NCBI GenBank assembly: GCA_964016885.1 | Contig: OZ024742.1 | Location: forward strand, 35,960,001 to 36,024,000 | Length of the DNA stretch: 64,000 bases | From: Eledone cirrhosa | Taxonomy: Eukaryota | Direction: 5' to 3' | Shown here: piece by piece, positions 1 through 13,054 of the stretch | Layout of the letters: each line of letters begins with the position of its first letter | Numbering within the stretch: position 1 is the stretch's first letter | Notes under the pieces: model-generated | Told to the model about the DNA's origin: nothing | The model's input: the letters and a program-made list of their open reading frames with translations, nothing else | Databases searched by the model: none | Made by a program: the position numbers and the translations under genes

Positions 1-529
1 AGTGGGATAGAACCTGAAGCCACACAGCTACTCTACTCCATGCCTGAACCTATATTATATATTTACTTTAACTTATTGTTTCCCGTTTATATTTAACATA
101 TCCCTGCTGGTTGATAGACTTTAGAAGTGGCTTTTGACACAACAATATGCACCCAGTACACTCTGTAAAGCCAAAGTGCTAGTGTCATGATTATAAGCAT
201 CCAGTGTACCTAGTCAGATGGTAGTGCTTGTGCCCCAATAAACTTCACTAGAGTCATACTGTAATGTGGGTGACATTAAGAAGGGCTTCTGGCTGGAATG
301 TATAGAAAGATACAATTATCTGCCCTATCTTGTCTCAGATTGTAACAACCCATCTGACTCATTTTGAATCCCAAAAGATCCTCTGATCAATATGAAATTT
401 GTCATATGGCCTGCAAGGCTAACTGTTGCTTCAACTGGGGAAATGCCTTACTAACATATATACAGTTTGTTGAATAATATACCTTTAAAATCCATTCTAG
501 GATAATGTATCTTATAAACTATAACAAAT

Positions 530-770
530 AGGTGCAGACATGGATGCATAGTTAAGGAATTCACTTCACAATGACAATATCTTTGATTCAGGCCTCCTGC
601 ACAGCAACTTGAGAAAGTATATTCCACTAGAGCATCAGGTTGACCAATGCTTTGTAAGTGAAATTTGATAGATGGAAACTGCAGTAGTGGGTGTTGGATG
701 GACGGACCAATAAAGTTGCTCGGAGTTTGGTTTGGACTAGATCTCCAGGTGGATAAGAATTGGCACAAAG
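530..770 (-). mobile_element. Degenerate SINE remnant
   Basis: Minus strand reads ccatctatcaaatttcacttacaaagcattggtcaacc..gaatatactttctcaag..; resembles cephalopod SINE bodies as I recall them, with a related stub at 1-45. Orientation uncertain. Confidence 0.4.
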
Positions 771-1289
771 TCATGATCAGGGTAGCCACTTTCACCCAGA
801 AAAGAAACTTCCATCATAATCTTGTGTAGCAACCTTTTGGTTCCAAACACCAGCTTAATAATAGGAGTTTTAGTTATATTAGTAAATTTCTCTAAATTAT
901 TAATTATTTAAAAAATTATTTGAAAGTAATAGGCAGTGTCTTTTATTAAAAATATGGTAAAAAAAGGATTGATATGCCTTACAAAATAACAAATAATCAC
1001 AGAGACAGACAAGAAGTAATCTATCTAAGCTAATCTAGCTGAGTTTACACTCACAAATAAGAAGAACCAGAGCCACCCCTAGGAGCATTGGATTTGGTGT
1101 ACATCATATTTGTTTCAGTTGCTGAATACAATCAGGAGTCGCTGCTTCTCCTAAAGGTCAATAGTTCTCTTCTAACTCGAGCGGGAGCACCTTTCCATTG
1201 TCAATTTGCATTGATCATCTGCAAAGCCACATTGTTCTCAGAGAACCACTACACTAGTCTTTCAATGCATGCAGCTGGAACTACCCATT

Positions 1290-1450
1290 GATTTGGCAGG
1301 AGGGCAACTCATTTCTACAGCTTAGTAAACTGGAGCAATGTGAAATAAAGTGTCTTGCTCAAGGACACAACACATCACCTGGTCTGAGAATCAAACTCAC
1401 AACTTTTCGATTGCAAGCCCAATGCTTTAACCACTAAGCCATGTGCTCTC
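1290..1450 (-). mobile_element. tRNA-derived SINE head with GTGTCCTTGAGCAAGACAC (V-SINE-like) domain
   Basis: Minus strand: A-box-like tggcttagtggtta, B-box-like gagtttgattc, then gtgtccttgagcaagacac. Same family at ~7790-7925 and 21861-22173. Confidence 0.6.
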
Positions 1451-1469
1451 ACCAAAGATTTCACAAGAA

Positions 1470-2900
1470 GTAATCATCATTATTTTATGTCCTCTTCCCA
1501 TATTAGAATGAGTTGAATGAGTTGTCATGGTTCAAGACCAGACGAGTTAGTGTGACCAAGTTTACACATTACATTCCATATTTTGTATGGTTTCTGAAGA
1601 TTGATGATCTTCCTTATGCCAACCACCTTAGATGATCTACTTGATGCATTTTATCATGGCACCAACACTAGAAAGGTTGTTACAGGCTAGGCCAGACTGA
1701 AGAGTCCTCTCAAACCCTATATAGTCTGTGTTTGATTTCAGTTACAAAACACTGTAGCCTCTTGTCTCTCACCACATTTACTTTTAGAATCATAGTGCTT
1801 GTACTGGTGGACAGGTCTTTTGCATTATGGCATATCACCAGTCAGCTCAATCCTGTATTATCTTCTTCATGCAGCTCAGTTCCTTCATTGCTTCATCCCT
1901 AGCTTTCCATCAGTTCCATCTACCTCAAGCACTTAGCATTTTATATAAAACTCTCCCCCTCCTTGTGCATCACATGCCCATACCGATTCAATGATCTCAA
2001 TTACACACAACATTCACTTCCTCTTATACTCAACTTTTCTCTCACTTCCCTTGTTCTCTGTTGTTTACACACACTAGTATTACACATCCAACAGAGTATG
2101 TACACCATTTTAGCCACTGTAAATCTTCTGTAGTTAAAATCCATGCCTAACAGCCATGCAATGATGCAGTTTGAACACAGGCATCATATAATCTATGAGA
2201 GAGAAGCACAGCTTCTTCCACTTCCACCCTGTTCTCACTCTGGTTATAACACTTTCAATACATTTCCATCCGCTACTGATGAGATCACTTCAATTGCAAA
2301 AGCTTTCTATCACTTCAAGTGAGCCTTCTGAACATTTGACTGGTTATTTCTTGAGTAACCTTACTGTTCACTACTCCTGTGCATCTCTCACACATGAAGT
2401 CTACCTTCCCTGTTAGTCTACTTGCAATACCACTTATCTTTTTTGTGTCCACAGTCCATACTAGGTACACCATATGGAGTTCTTACTATGCATTGAGCAT
2501 GGGAATTTTCCTGATGGTAGCAGGGTCTTATCCTTTTTCTTATTAAAACTTGAGTCTTTGCTAGGTTTACTTTGAGATCCTTTTATTCTATATTTTGCTT
2601 CCATATCCAGAACTTCTCCAGTTCTTCTATCATTTCAGCTAAGAGGGCTAGATCATCAGCATATTGGAGCTCCCACTGACAACCAGTCTTGTATTCCTCT
2701 GTTATGGCCTGGAAGACTATAATAAACTGGAGACTGAGAACTGAGTATGGTGCAATTCCACCTGCACATCAAACTTGTCAATGTACTTATTGTTAACATT
2801 CACCTTACAGGTTGTACCTCCATACACAACCTGCACCACCCTCACAAGGCATTTTCCAAGTCAACAAATTCTAAGTTATAGAGGCTTATTTTTAGCTAGA
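1470..2900 (-). pseudogene. Decayed RTE-clade LINE (RT fragment and 3' end)
   Basis: Minus strand near 2645-2675 translates WELQYADDLAL (RT YADD motif); the reading frame is broken elsewhere. Confidence 0.65.
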
Positions 2901-5169
2901 TACTTCTCCTCCAGTTGCTTCACCAGAAAGAGGGCTCCTGTAGGACTTCTCCTGAACATAAAGTCAAACAAAATCAAGTCAGTTTGGTATTTAAGAAGTC
3001 AACAGCAATTATCATGATGGTGATCATCATCATGATTTTATGTCCACATTTCATTTTGACAGTCCAGGTCAGTTCTTATTACATAAGATTTGTGCCTTAT
3101 TTAAAATACAAGGGTTTGCATCAGCATGGAAAATGATAATGATGATGATCCTGCCTTAACCATCCAGCCTTTTTTGTATATCCATGACTACCTTTTCAAA
3201 TCTTTGCTTCTTTTTTTTTCTTTTTTTAAAACTTGATAACATGTTATCTAAGAGAATCTAGGAATAACTCTTTTGTTAACATATTTCTAATGAAGCGCAC
3301 TGCTTATGGTTGTCAAATAATTTTGAAATTAATCAAGAATTGGAAGAGATTGAGCAGTATAATTAACTTTCTCATTACCAATGTTTGGAACATAACAAAA
3401 GTTCTACATAAAATTCTAAATATAAACATTTTAACACTTTTTTTTACCATATTCTAATGAAAAACACTGCCTAAGATTTAAAAATAATTTTGGAATTAAT
3501 TAACAATTGAGAGAGTTTAGTAATATAACTTTCATTTTATTAATCTGGTATTTGGAACATAAAAGTTTTGCATAAAATTAAGATGAAAGGCCTTTAGATA
3601 AATATAAGCACTTTAAAATAAACAGCTCTGTATACAGAGAAACAGGAGTGATTTGGTATCAAAAGTATTACAAGTATATTATTCTTGCAAGTGGATCAGT
3701 TGAAAACTATGAGATTATCTTCTTAAATTACAAACACAATCATTTGAAAGGGATTTTTCTCAGAAGGTGGGCATGATACACCTTGTTGAAGGTTTTATAG
3801 ATTATTTATTGACAAACTTGGAAATTGGTCTACCATTTTAATTCTGAAAAGCAGTGAAATAGCAGTCAGTAGAATGGCAGATAGAATGCCTTGCTATATT
3901 CATTCTTGATTACTGTAATCTGAGTTCAAATCCTGATGAGATCAACTTTGCCTTGTATCCTTTGGAGACATTAGGGTGTTGATTAACGGAATTGTTAGAA
4001 CATTGGATGGGAAGCCTTGCAGTGTCTGCTATAGCTTTTCGCATTATGAGATAAAATTGTGTCAAGAGTCAGTGTTAATCAGCTGATCCCAGGAACACTC
4101 CATCCAACCCATACTTTAGTCAGCATAGATAGGTAAGTTTCAGGCCCATATAACTGCTAAGGCTTAATCCAATAGTGGATTGTAATCAGCTAGGTAAGAT
4201 TTAATTCTGAATGTATATCACTAAAATGTTTACATTAAAATTGCATTAGGTTTTTCTTTTCTAGTCAGGGAGGAGAGAGCACAGTGTACATGACCCTTTT
4301 AAGGGCTTCACAGATGGGTGGGAGGGAAGGAATTATCCTCAAGTGATCAATATTATGGTTTAGGTTAAACCTAGCCAGGGTCAACATTGCCATTCTCCCA
4401 TTTTTAGCACCTGTAGTTGATGGTGAGTCATCATCATCATCATCAACGTTTAATGTCCGTGTTCCACGCTTGCATGGGTTTGGACGGGGGTTTTCCCACT
4501 TGAGGCAAGAGTGATTGTCTTGCTCGCATAGGACTGTCTGGCAGGTTTTCTACAGTTGGATGCCCTTCCTAACACCAACATATATTATATATTTATAAAT
4601 AGCACAACATTAATAAGCACGTGCATTTAGAAAAAGGGCAGGTTGGTGTAATCGGTCTAGCACACTTATTTGTACAATAAGGTATGGGTTTGATTCCCAT
4701 GCATGCTGATGCCCATTTTTTTCAGTTATGAGGGCTTATATGCCCCATTATTACACTATTTTCTGTACTCAAAATATAGCAAAAGATTCTAATTCAATTT
4801 GCAATAATTTTTCCCAGCCTGTGGCATTCGAAATGTTTGGTGGAGTTGGGCCACTGACAGTGAAGTTCTGGTCATTGCTGGTGGTTTACCTTACTGAGGT
4901 GTCAAGTGATGTCCTTGAGGCATCAGCGCCCTAGCCTCACCATCACCCATGGTAATGCCACGAGTGTGTTGGCTTCACTCAAAATATTCTGTTGACTCTG
5001 GTGATGTGTGGCTGATTGTTGCACTTGGTGGTGAATTGATGGTCGTTTTTATCCACTTCACCTTTGTTTTCTTCTTTTCTCACTCTGGCCATGTATTTTG
5101 GTGTGTTTGTGAAGTTCCTAACAATGGTTAATTGTATTTGTCATTCTGAAGGAATTCTGAGCAATTTGC

Positions 5170-5525
5170 AATGTAATTTATGTATATATCAACGTCGTGT
5201 AGGTGTCACAACAAAAAGTACCCAGCACACACTGTAAATGTAGTTGGCATTTGAAAGGGCATCCAGCTGTAGAAAACCAGCCCCAAAACACCCAGCCCAC
5301 ACTGTAAAGTGGATGTGTAAAAGACGTGGCAAAAAGCACCCAGCACATACTGTCAATGTGGTTGGTGTTAGGAAGGGTATCCAGCCATAGAAAACCAGCC
5401 AGAAACACTCATATATGAGTGAGACATGGTCACTCGACCCAACTTGCCTCTAAATGGGACAAACCCGTCTAACCCATGCTAGCGTGGAAGATAGACGTTA
5501 ATCAATGATGACGATGATGATAATG
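5170..5525 (+). mobile_element. SINE-like repeat with RTE-type 3' end and (GAT)n tail
   Basis: Duplicated gttggcatt/gaagggcatccagc motifs, then ccgtctaacccatgctagcgtggaaga..(gat)n. Same end at 9440-9618, and inverted at 4430-4580. Confidence 0.55.
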
Positions 5526-6884
5526 ATTTAAAAGTTCATCAAATCCTACCCCATTTACCATGTTGATAGTCAGGTATGGGTATGTGGTTAAGGAGTTTGT
5601 TTTGTGACTATATTGTTCTGGGTTCAATCTCACTAGATTTACCAATGAAACCCATTTTACTTTCTTAACTTCCTACCTACCTGCTTGCCTGCCTTTCTTT
5701 CTTTAAGTGGTAAGTGATGGTGTTATGATAAAATGCGCTCTGTCCACCCTATAAAGTGGTTAGCATTAGAAAGAGTATCTGGTAGAAGCAATACAAAACT
5801 GTATCATATGAGCAGAACATTACAAATTATGCCATCATGGAAAACAGATGTAAAATGATGATGATATATAGACATATATATAGAGAGAGTGAGAGAGAGT
5901 TGATGAGAGAGAAATAATCCACTAATATATTGGTAAAGTGCATTTCCCCAAAGAAACAATTGTAGGAATTAAATATGGAATTTAAATAATATCTAGCATT
6001 CACTGACAGCTATTCTCAACATCACATCATTGCACCACCCTCAGCACCCCAACCATATTCCTAACCACTGCTCTTTTGCGAAGTAGTTAAGGATTGGAAG
6101 GGCATCCAGTCATGGAAGGCTTGCCAAATGAAGGGTTTCTTACATCACAATTGTGAAGAGCCATGGTCATGATGTGTCTGAACTCTCAGTTTCCCTACAC
6201 AACTGTTTATCGGGCAAGAACCAGTAAAAGTGAGATGATGGCTCAGGAAATCGAGCTATACACTTTCCCACCTGAAGACACATCCTGACTAGTCCTTCAC
6301 TGGGATGGAGAATTATTACCATTGGTTTCCCAATCCAGCCCACTTAAGGATTGGATTGCAGGTTTAATTTAAAGGAAAGTAGGGGCTCTTAAGTCCAAGA
6401 GATTGAACCGGACAACAACTTGCTGAAGTTGTTTTGAAGGAAATTCAACAACTCAAAATTGAGGATAGAATAATTGGTATGTTCTTCAACATCATCCCCA
6501 GTAACACCAACATACACCAAGGAGTTAATATGAAAATTGAGGCAGCTCTGAAAAATCCTTTTTGTGGCTGGCTTACCGCCATCACATTCTTGAAGTGGTT
6601 TTGAAGAAAAACTTTGAGATCTTTTTCCCATCATCTGGTACCAGTACCTGAATGTTCAAAAAATTCCAGGAACATTGTGACTCCATCAATAAGTCTCATT
6701 ATCAATCTATCCTGGATGATGATGGCCCATGGAAGATTTTTACAAGCAAAAGAGGGAGGAGATGTTTGAATATCTACTGAGTGTACTGCTTTCTGGAGAT
6801 CATCCTCAAGAAGTCTATGCTGAGTTCAGACCATGACAACCCATCCAAATCATGTCAGCCTTTAAAACAGACATAAAATTATGA

Positions 6885-6954
<70 letters not shown>

Positions 6955-7024
6955 ATAGATAGGAGTATCTGTGTTTATGTCCCATAACATGTGTTCGACA
7001 AAAAATAAATCAATAAAATAAATA

Positions 7025-7560
7025 CTTCTTCTTCTTCTTCTTCTTCTTCTTTGCTCACTTAATCCTGGGAGGGTCGTGGGGGTAGAGTCCTCAAACACTC
7101 CTTCCAGCGGGTCCTGTCAGAAGCAACATTTCCAACAGATCTGGCTGGATCCCCAAGTGAGACCAGCCAAGCTCATCTGTCCAGCGATTCTTTTCTGAGA
7201 CATTCTAACCCCATGCCCATAGTATCGGAGCTATGATCTCTCAATTTGGAGAAGTAGCGGCTCCTCCTGGAGTGACTCTCTTATCTCCAAGTTACACTCT
7301 ATCGGATAACATTACTCCAAAGACACTTCAGAGGAACCCCATTTTGGCCGCTTGCATTGGCGATCAAAGTCTTTCGGTCATTACCCTAGTTTCATAACCA
7401 TAAGTAAGGGTTTGTACGAATACGGAATTGAAGATAGCAAGTTTGGCATTTATGCCTACCTCCCTTCTAATTACTGAATTCTGAAGCTGGCACATTACTG
7501 CACCAGCTCCTGCAATTCTTGCACTACAGCCTCTTGTCTTCCACCATTCATGAACATGGC
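7025..7560 (-). pseudogene. RTE-clade LINE 3' fragment with (AAG)n tail
   Basis: AKLAIFNSVFVQTLTYGYETRVMTERL resembles the RTE post-RT LxYGxEtW motif; (ctt)n on the plus strand at 7025-7050. Confidence 0.6.
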
Positions 7561-8111
7561 CCTGAGATACTTGGACTTCTCCACCTGCTTCAGTAGAACT
7601 CCATTTACATGTACAGAGCACTGCACAGTTTTTGCAGCACTGATTTTCATTCCAGCCATGAAGCATTATATACATTCAACTATACTTTCCAAGCCTGAGT
7701 CGGGTATTTTTGTGGAAGACCAACACATCTATACATGCAAGTATTCTCTCTCCACTACACTGGTACTGTCTAACGAAAGGGAAAAGCTGATATAGTTTTT
7801 TTCCAGCTGAGTGAACCCGAGTAACATGAAATAAAGTGTCATGCTTATGGACACAATGTGCTTCCCAATCTGGGAATCAGTCATGATCCTACAACAGTGA
7901 GCCCAGTACTAAGCCATGTACCTTCACTGTCATAACAAAAGGTGGAGGGGCTTTCAAGTTTTCCCTTCTCCATTAACACCTTGTCCACTTTAACATTTCA
8001 ACTTTAACTATTTTATATTTCTGTACCTTTAATTCATTATATCTCTCAGGTGAGATATAATGATTTAAAGGTAAAGAAATATAAAATAGTTAAAGTTGAA
8101 TTGTTAAAGAC

Positions 8112-8378
8112 TGCGAATTGGCAGAATCGTTAAGACATTGGATAGAATGCTTTATGGCATTCATCCCACCTCAGTGTGCGCTCTGAGTTCAAATCCTGCC
8201 GAGTTAAATCCCACTGAGTTCAAATCCCGCCGAGTTCAAATCCCGCTGAGTTCAAATCCCGCTGAGTTCAAATCCCGCTGAGTTCAAATCCCGCTGAGTT
8301 CAAATCCCGCTGAGTTCAAATCCCACCTTTCATCCTCTCAAGGTCAATAAAAAAAGAACCAGTCTCGTACTGGGGTCT
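8112..8378 (+). mobile_element. tRNA-derived SINE with a tandemly amplified B-box
   Basis: Same family as 10975; contains 9 copies of the 16-bp unit GAGTTCAAATCCCGCT (8185-8327). Confidence 0.75.
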
Positions 8379-9057
8379 ATTCTTCCTCTATAGAAAAAAA
8401 TCGACCGTGTTCAAACTGGGAGAGAGTGGGACTCCAACAGGTTTAAAAGTGCCCTAGACATGCCATATGACGACTCCACAAGGAGTTATGGGACCTTTAT
8501 CCTATCCTATCTCATGTAATTCCAGATATGCTCCTGCGACCACATGTCCGACCACATGTCCATGCTTTCTTATACATATAGCATGTATAATATATGTTTA
8601 TCTCTTCTAAACGATGGATAATTATGTACATATCCAAGTGACTATATATATATTGCAATAAATTACAATTTTGTGTATATGTGTGTATGTATTTATATAT
8701 GTGTGTGTTTATATGTATATATTTTGTGTATAAGTGTGTATGTCTCTAAGTAACTGTATATATAGTATTACAAATTACAGTTTCTATGTGTATATATATA
8801 TATCAGTTGACAATGGTGTTATTATGCCAGTCATTGAGTATGACAGTTTCCTGGATTGCTATATGTGTCTCTAGCCTGTGTCCTACTCCACCAGATAATT
8901 TAACCATCTTATCAGTAATCCTGAAGTGTTAACTGCATTTCTTAACGTTCATATCCTTAGTCACCTTATTGTATGGTAGATAAGGGGATTGGCTTAGCTT
9001 GAAGTAGATTCTCATTATCCCAGGCATTCTCTTCATGTAGCAAACATTCACAATATC

Positions 9058-9618
9058 ACTTCCATTGGTTGGTTTGGACATGTGATGCGTATGAAGGACG
9101 ACCGCTGTATAAAAAAGTGCAGGGCAATGAAAATTGATGGAAGCTGCGGAGTGGGTAAACCAAGAAAAACCTGGGACGAGGTGATAAAAACTGACCTTGC
9201 CCACCTACACCTCTCTAAGACAATGACACTGGATCGAGACCTTTGACGCCATGCAGTTGTACAGAACCCGACTACCATTGCATACAAACCTACAGTCAGT
9301 AGGTACCTATTAACTCAATGTATACCCCACCTCACACCCTACCCCACCTCCCTGTCCCGTTCCATCCACTGTGTCGATGAGACAACAGTCCACACTGTAA
9401 GGTGGCCGCGTAGGAGACACGGTGAAAAGGCTCCCAGTCCACACTGTAAATGTGGTTGGTATTAGGAAGGGCATCCAGCTGTAAAAAAACCTACCAGAGA
9501 CGCTTCCATGTGAGCAACACATGGTCTCCTGACCATTCCCGCATCAAATGGAACAAAACCGTCTAACCCGTGCTAGCGTGGAAGATGGACGTTAAACGAT
9601 GATGATGATGATGATGTA
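9058..9618 (+). pseudogene. RTE LINE 3' end
   Basis: Translates WFGHVMRMKDDRCIKKCRAMKIDGSCGVGKPRKTWDEVIKTDL (typical RTE C-terminus); ends in (GAT)n. Confidence 0.75.
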
Positions 9619-10974
9619 TGCCTCTTTGCAGTGACTTCTAAGATTAGGTTCTAATGAAGAGAGTGAATGAACATTTTTCTCTGTAAATATGGAGGAAGAA
9701 GATGACATAAAACCTATTAAAAATAACATCAAATCTCCCTCAAGCCACACAGTTTTGTAAAATGCTGGGAACACCAGTGAAATCTTTTTTTTTTTTAGGA
9801 AATGCTAGTAGTAGCAACTAAATCTCCTTCAAACCATCGATACATTTAATGTGTCAGAAAATGAGAGAAATAGCCTAAAAATATAGCGTTAATAACATAT
9901 TCTAGTCTTGGTCAAATCTACTTTAAATTTATATATTACTTTCTAGAACTGTAATCTACACACTTTAATAAGTATCTCTATAAAATTGCAATAAAAAAAA
10001 AATGAATTATTATGAAAGCTATGGATAAAATGAGTGATGTCACTATTTTATAAAACTCTGGTAAATATGACGGTCAAAGGGAAGGAAATATGAAACTTTC
10101 GACCCTGCTTGTGGACAAATGGTTAATAAAAATGCTAGATACGGCAGCCAAACATTGAAATTTATATAAAAGAAAATGCCAAACAAAATGACACAACAGC
10201 CAAATCTCCTCAAATCACCCATCGTATTATATTTTAGAATGATAGAAAGAGAGCCCAAATGTTCCTTTTATTTATTTCAATGATAGACCAAGAAATTAAC
10301 TTTAGGAAGGGAAGTTATTACTTAAAGCATACACTGAAAAATTGTAGGAGTACTCTCCCTTGCATTTAAATATATTTGTTATTATTAAATTTGATTTCAT
10401 GTATATTATGATTAGAGCCAGAACAGCGGTTAGCTTTAGGAGTTAGTTTAACGTTATGATCTGTTGGGGTTTGCTGTTAAGGTTGGTATTAATGTTAGCC
10501 TGACATAGAATTTGATTTGATGCATGGGCAATTATATATGTTATGGTTATTTCTAGGACATCGGAAGATGTTAGGGCTTAGGTTTGCTGGTTTAAAGTTA
10601 AGGGTTTACGGTTAGCGTTAGTGTTTGTTGGGTTTGAACTTAGGGGTTAGCTGTTAAGTTTAAAGTCAATAATTAGTACTAGGCTTTAGTGCTCCACCTT
10701 CTATTGAGAAAATAATATTTTTATAGACAAAATTCAATTTAATGTGTCTGCATTTATATGTTACTGTTAAGTTAGTGTTAAGAGTGTAGAGCAGTCACTA
10801 TGTTTTCTTCTTCATTAATTAGTTGTTATATACCTTAAATTAGAATTTAAAAATCATGCCAAAGGTTTAAAGAGAGATTACTAATATAGTTTTTTTAGCG
10901 GTAGGTTTTTCGAGTTATCTTCCTTGCTTGTGGAATATAAAAATATGGAACATATTGCTTGATTGGATTGGCAA

Positions 10975-11158
10975 CACGGTAGATTGGCAGTATCGGTAGA
11001 AGGTCGGACGCCATGCTTTCCAGCATAGTTATGTCCCTTTATAGAGTTCAAATCCCGCCGAGGTTAACTTTGCCTTTCATCTTTACGGGGTCGATAAAAT
11101 AAAGTACCAGTAATGTACTGTGTTATTGCTGGCCTCGTGCCAAAAGTAGAAACAATTA
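10975..11158 (+). mobile_element. tRNA-derived SINE (abundant family, GCCTTTCATCC..GGGGTCGATAAA central domain)
   Basis: A-box tggcagtatcgg, B-box gagttcaaatcc, conserved ctttgcctttcatc..ggggtcgataaaataaagtaccag; more than 12 copies in the window. Confidence 0.8.
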
Positions 11159-11819
11159 TTAAATTTAATTTGATGAATTATATATCTTAATGTTATTAAT
11201 GACCAATAAAGAAACCGTTATTATCAGGTAAGCAGATGGGGGTTTGCTGTAACAGTAAGAATCAATGTTAGACTTGGGAGAAAATTTATTTAATGCATGG
11301 GCAATTATATATTTTATGGTTATTGCTAGGGTATTGGGGGAATATAGGGATTAGGTATACTGGTTTAGTCTTAATGTTCATATAAGGTTTAAGGTTAGTA
11401 TTATAGATAGTTTGTTGGGATATGAATTTAGGGGTTCGCAATTACGTTCAGTCAATATTTACTGCTGGACCTTTTACTTATCCTCCTATTATAAATATGG
11501 TATTTTTATAAACGAATATTAACTTAATCCGTTTGTATTTTTATAGACGTTGGTCTTAAGACTATGGCAATCAATAATTTTTCTGCTGTATTAGTTAGTA
11601 GTTATATCACTTTTATTAAGATCGGGGTTAGGGCTTGGGTTATGTTATGGTTATTGCTAGGACATCGGAGTATGTTTGCAATTATATAGTAGTTAGTGTT
11701 AAGATTGTAGAACAATTACTATGTTTTCTACTGCATTAGTTAGTAGTTATATCTTGTTTGTTGAGGTTGGGGTTATGTTATGGTTATTGCTAGGACATCG
11801 GAGAATTTTATAACGGTCC

Positions 11820-13020
11820 TAGGTCTATGGTTAGTGTTAGTGTTTAGCGTTAGGGTTAGGGGATCAGGGTAAGTGTCAGGGTCGGTGTCAGGGTCAGGAT
11901 CAGGCTTAGAGTAAAGATTAGGTTAGATTTAGGGTTAGAGTCAGGGTCAGGGTGAGCGTCAGCTTTGGGGTCAGGGTCAGGGTCAGTGTCAGGGTTAAAG
12001 AGTTAGTGTTCGGGTTAAGGTTACGCTGAGCGTCAGGGTTAAAGGCACGGTCAGGGTTAGGGTTATGTTTAGTGTTAGCGTTAGGGTTAGAGTATCAGTC
12101 AGGATAAGTGCCAGGGTCATAGTCAGTTTCAGTGTCAGGGTTGGTGTCAGGATCAGGGTGAGCTGAGGCTTAGGATAAGGATTAGGTTAGGTTTAGGGTG
12201 AAGGTGGGCGTCAGCTTTGGTTCAGGGTCAGTTTAGGGTTAGCGTTAGTGTTAGGGTTAGGATTAGTTTTAGGGTTAAATTCAGGGTGAGGTTCAGGCTT
12301 AAGGTTAGGATCAAGGTTAGCTTCAGAGTTAGCTTTAGGGTTAATGTTATGTTTGGGGTAGGGGTTTGTGTTAGGTTTGTAGTTAGGGTTAGGGCTAGTG
12401 TAGTCAAATAGTTTGTAGTTAGGATTAGGTTTACAGTCAGGGTCAGGTTTAGTGTTAGGTTTTGGGATATCCATAGGGTTAGGTTTAGGGCTTGGGTCAG
12501 GGTTAGGGTCAGTGTCAGGATTAGTATCAGTGTTAATGTCAAGTTAGATTTATATTTGGCGTTATGGCTAGGGTTAGGGTTAGGGTCAGAGTCAGTCAGT
12601 GTCAGTTTCCGGGTCTGGGGCAGGATTATTGTCAGATTCAGGATTAAAGTTAAGGTTTGGGTTAAGATTAGAGTTAGGGTGGGGTTAAGTTAAGGTTAGT
12701 GTTGGGGTTACGGTAAGTGTTAGGGTTACAGTTAGGGTTAGGTTTAGGTTTAGGGTTAGGGATATTGTTAGGTTAGAGTAGGATTAGAGTTAGCGTTAGG
12801 GCTAGAGTTGTGGTTAGGGTTAATATTAGCTACAGTGTTAGGTTCAGGATTAAGGTTATGTTCAAGGTTAGGATTAGGGTTAGGCTTAGATTCAGGTTTA
12901 GTTTGAGGATTACGTTTGGGTTAGGTTTAGGTTTAATTTTAGTGTTAGTTTGGGGGTTATGTTTAGGTCTAGTGTCAGAGTAAGAATCAGTGTCTGGGTG
13001 AGGATCAGGGTTAGGGTTAT
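11820..13020 (+). repeat. Degenerate interstitial telomere-like (TTAGGG/TCAGGG/TTAGGT) array
   Basis: Many ttaggg and variant hexamers, e.g. gttagggttagggttagggtcag. Weaker copies extend back to ~10420. Confidence 0.8.
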
Positions 13021-13054
13021 ATAACGTTCATACATACATACACACATACATACA

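Noticed and set aside
6120-6850. Coding-looking non-repetitive stretch (ORF 6389-6634)
   Set aside because: No motif I can identify; probably old transposon debris.
10975-11060. tRNA genes
   Set aside because: A and B boxes are present, but there is no cloverleaf and they are followed by a SINE body; all such hits in the window are SINE heads.
12211-12542. PNP/LTL-repeat ORFs
   Set aside because: Translations of degenerate telomeric hexamers.
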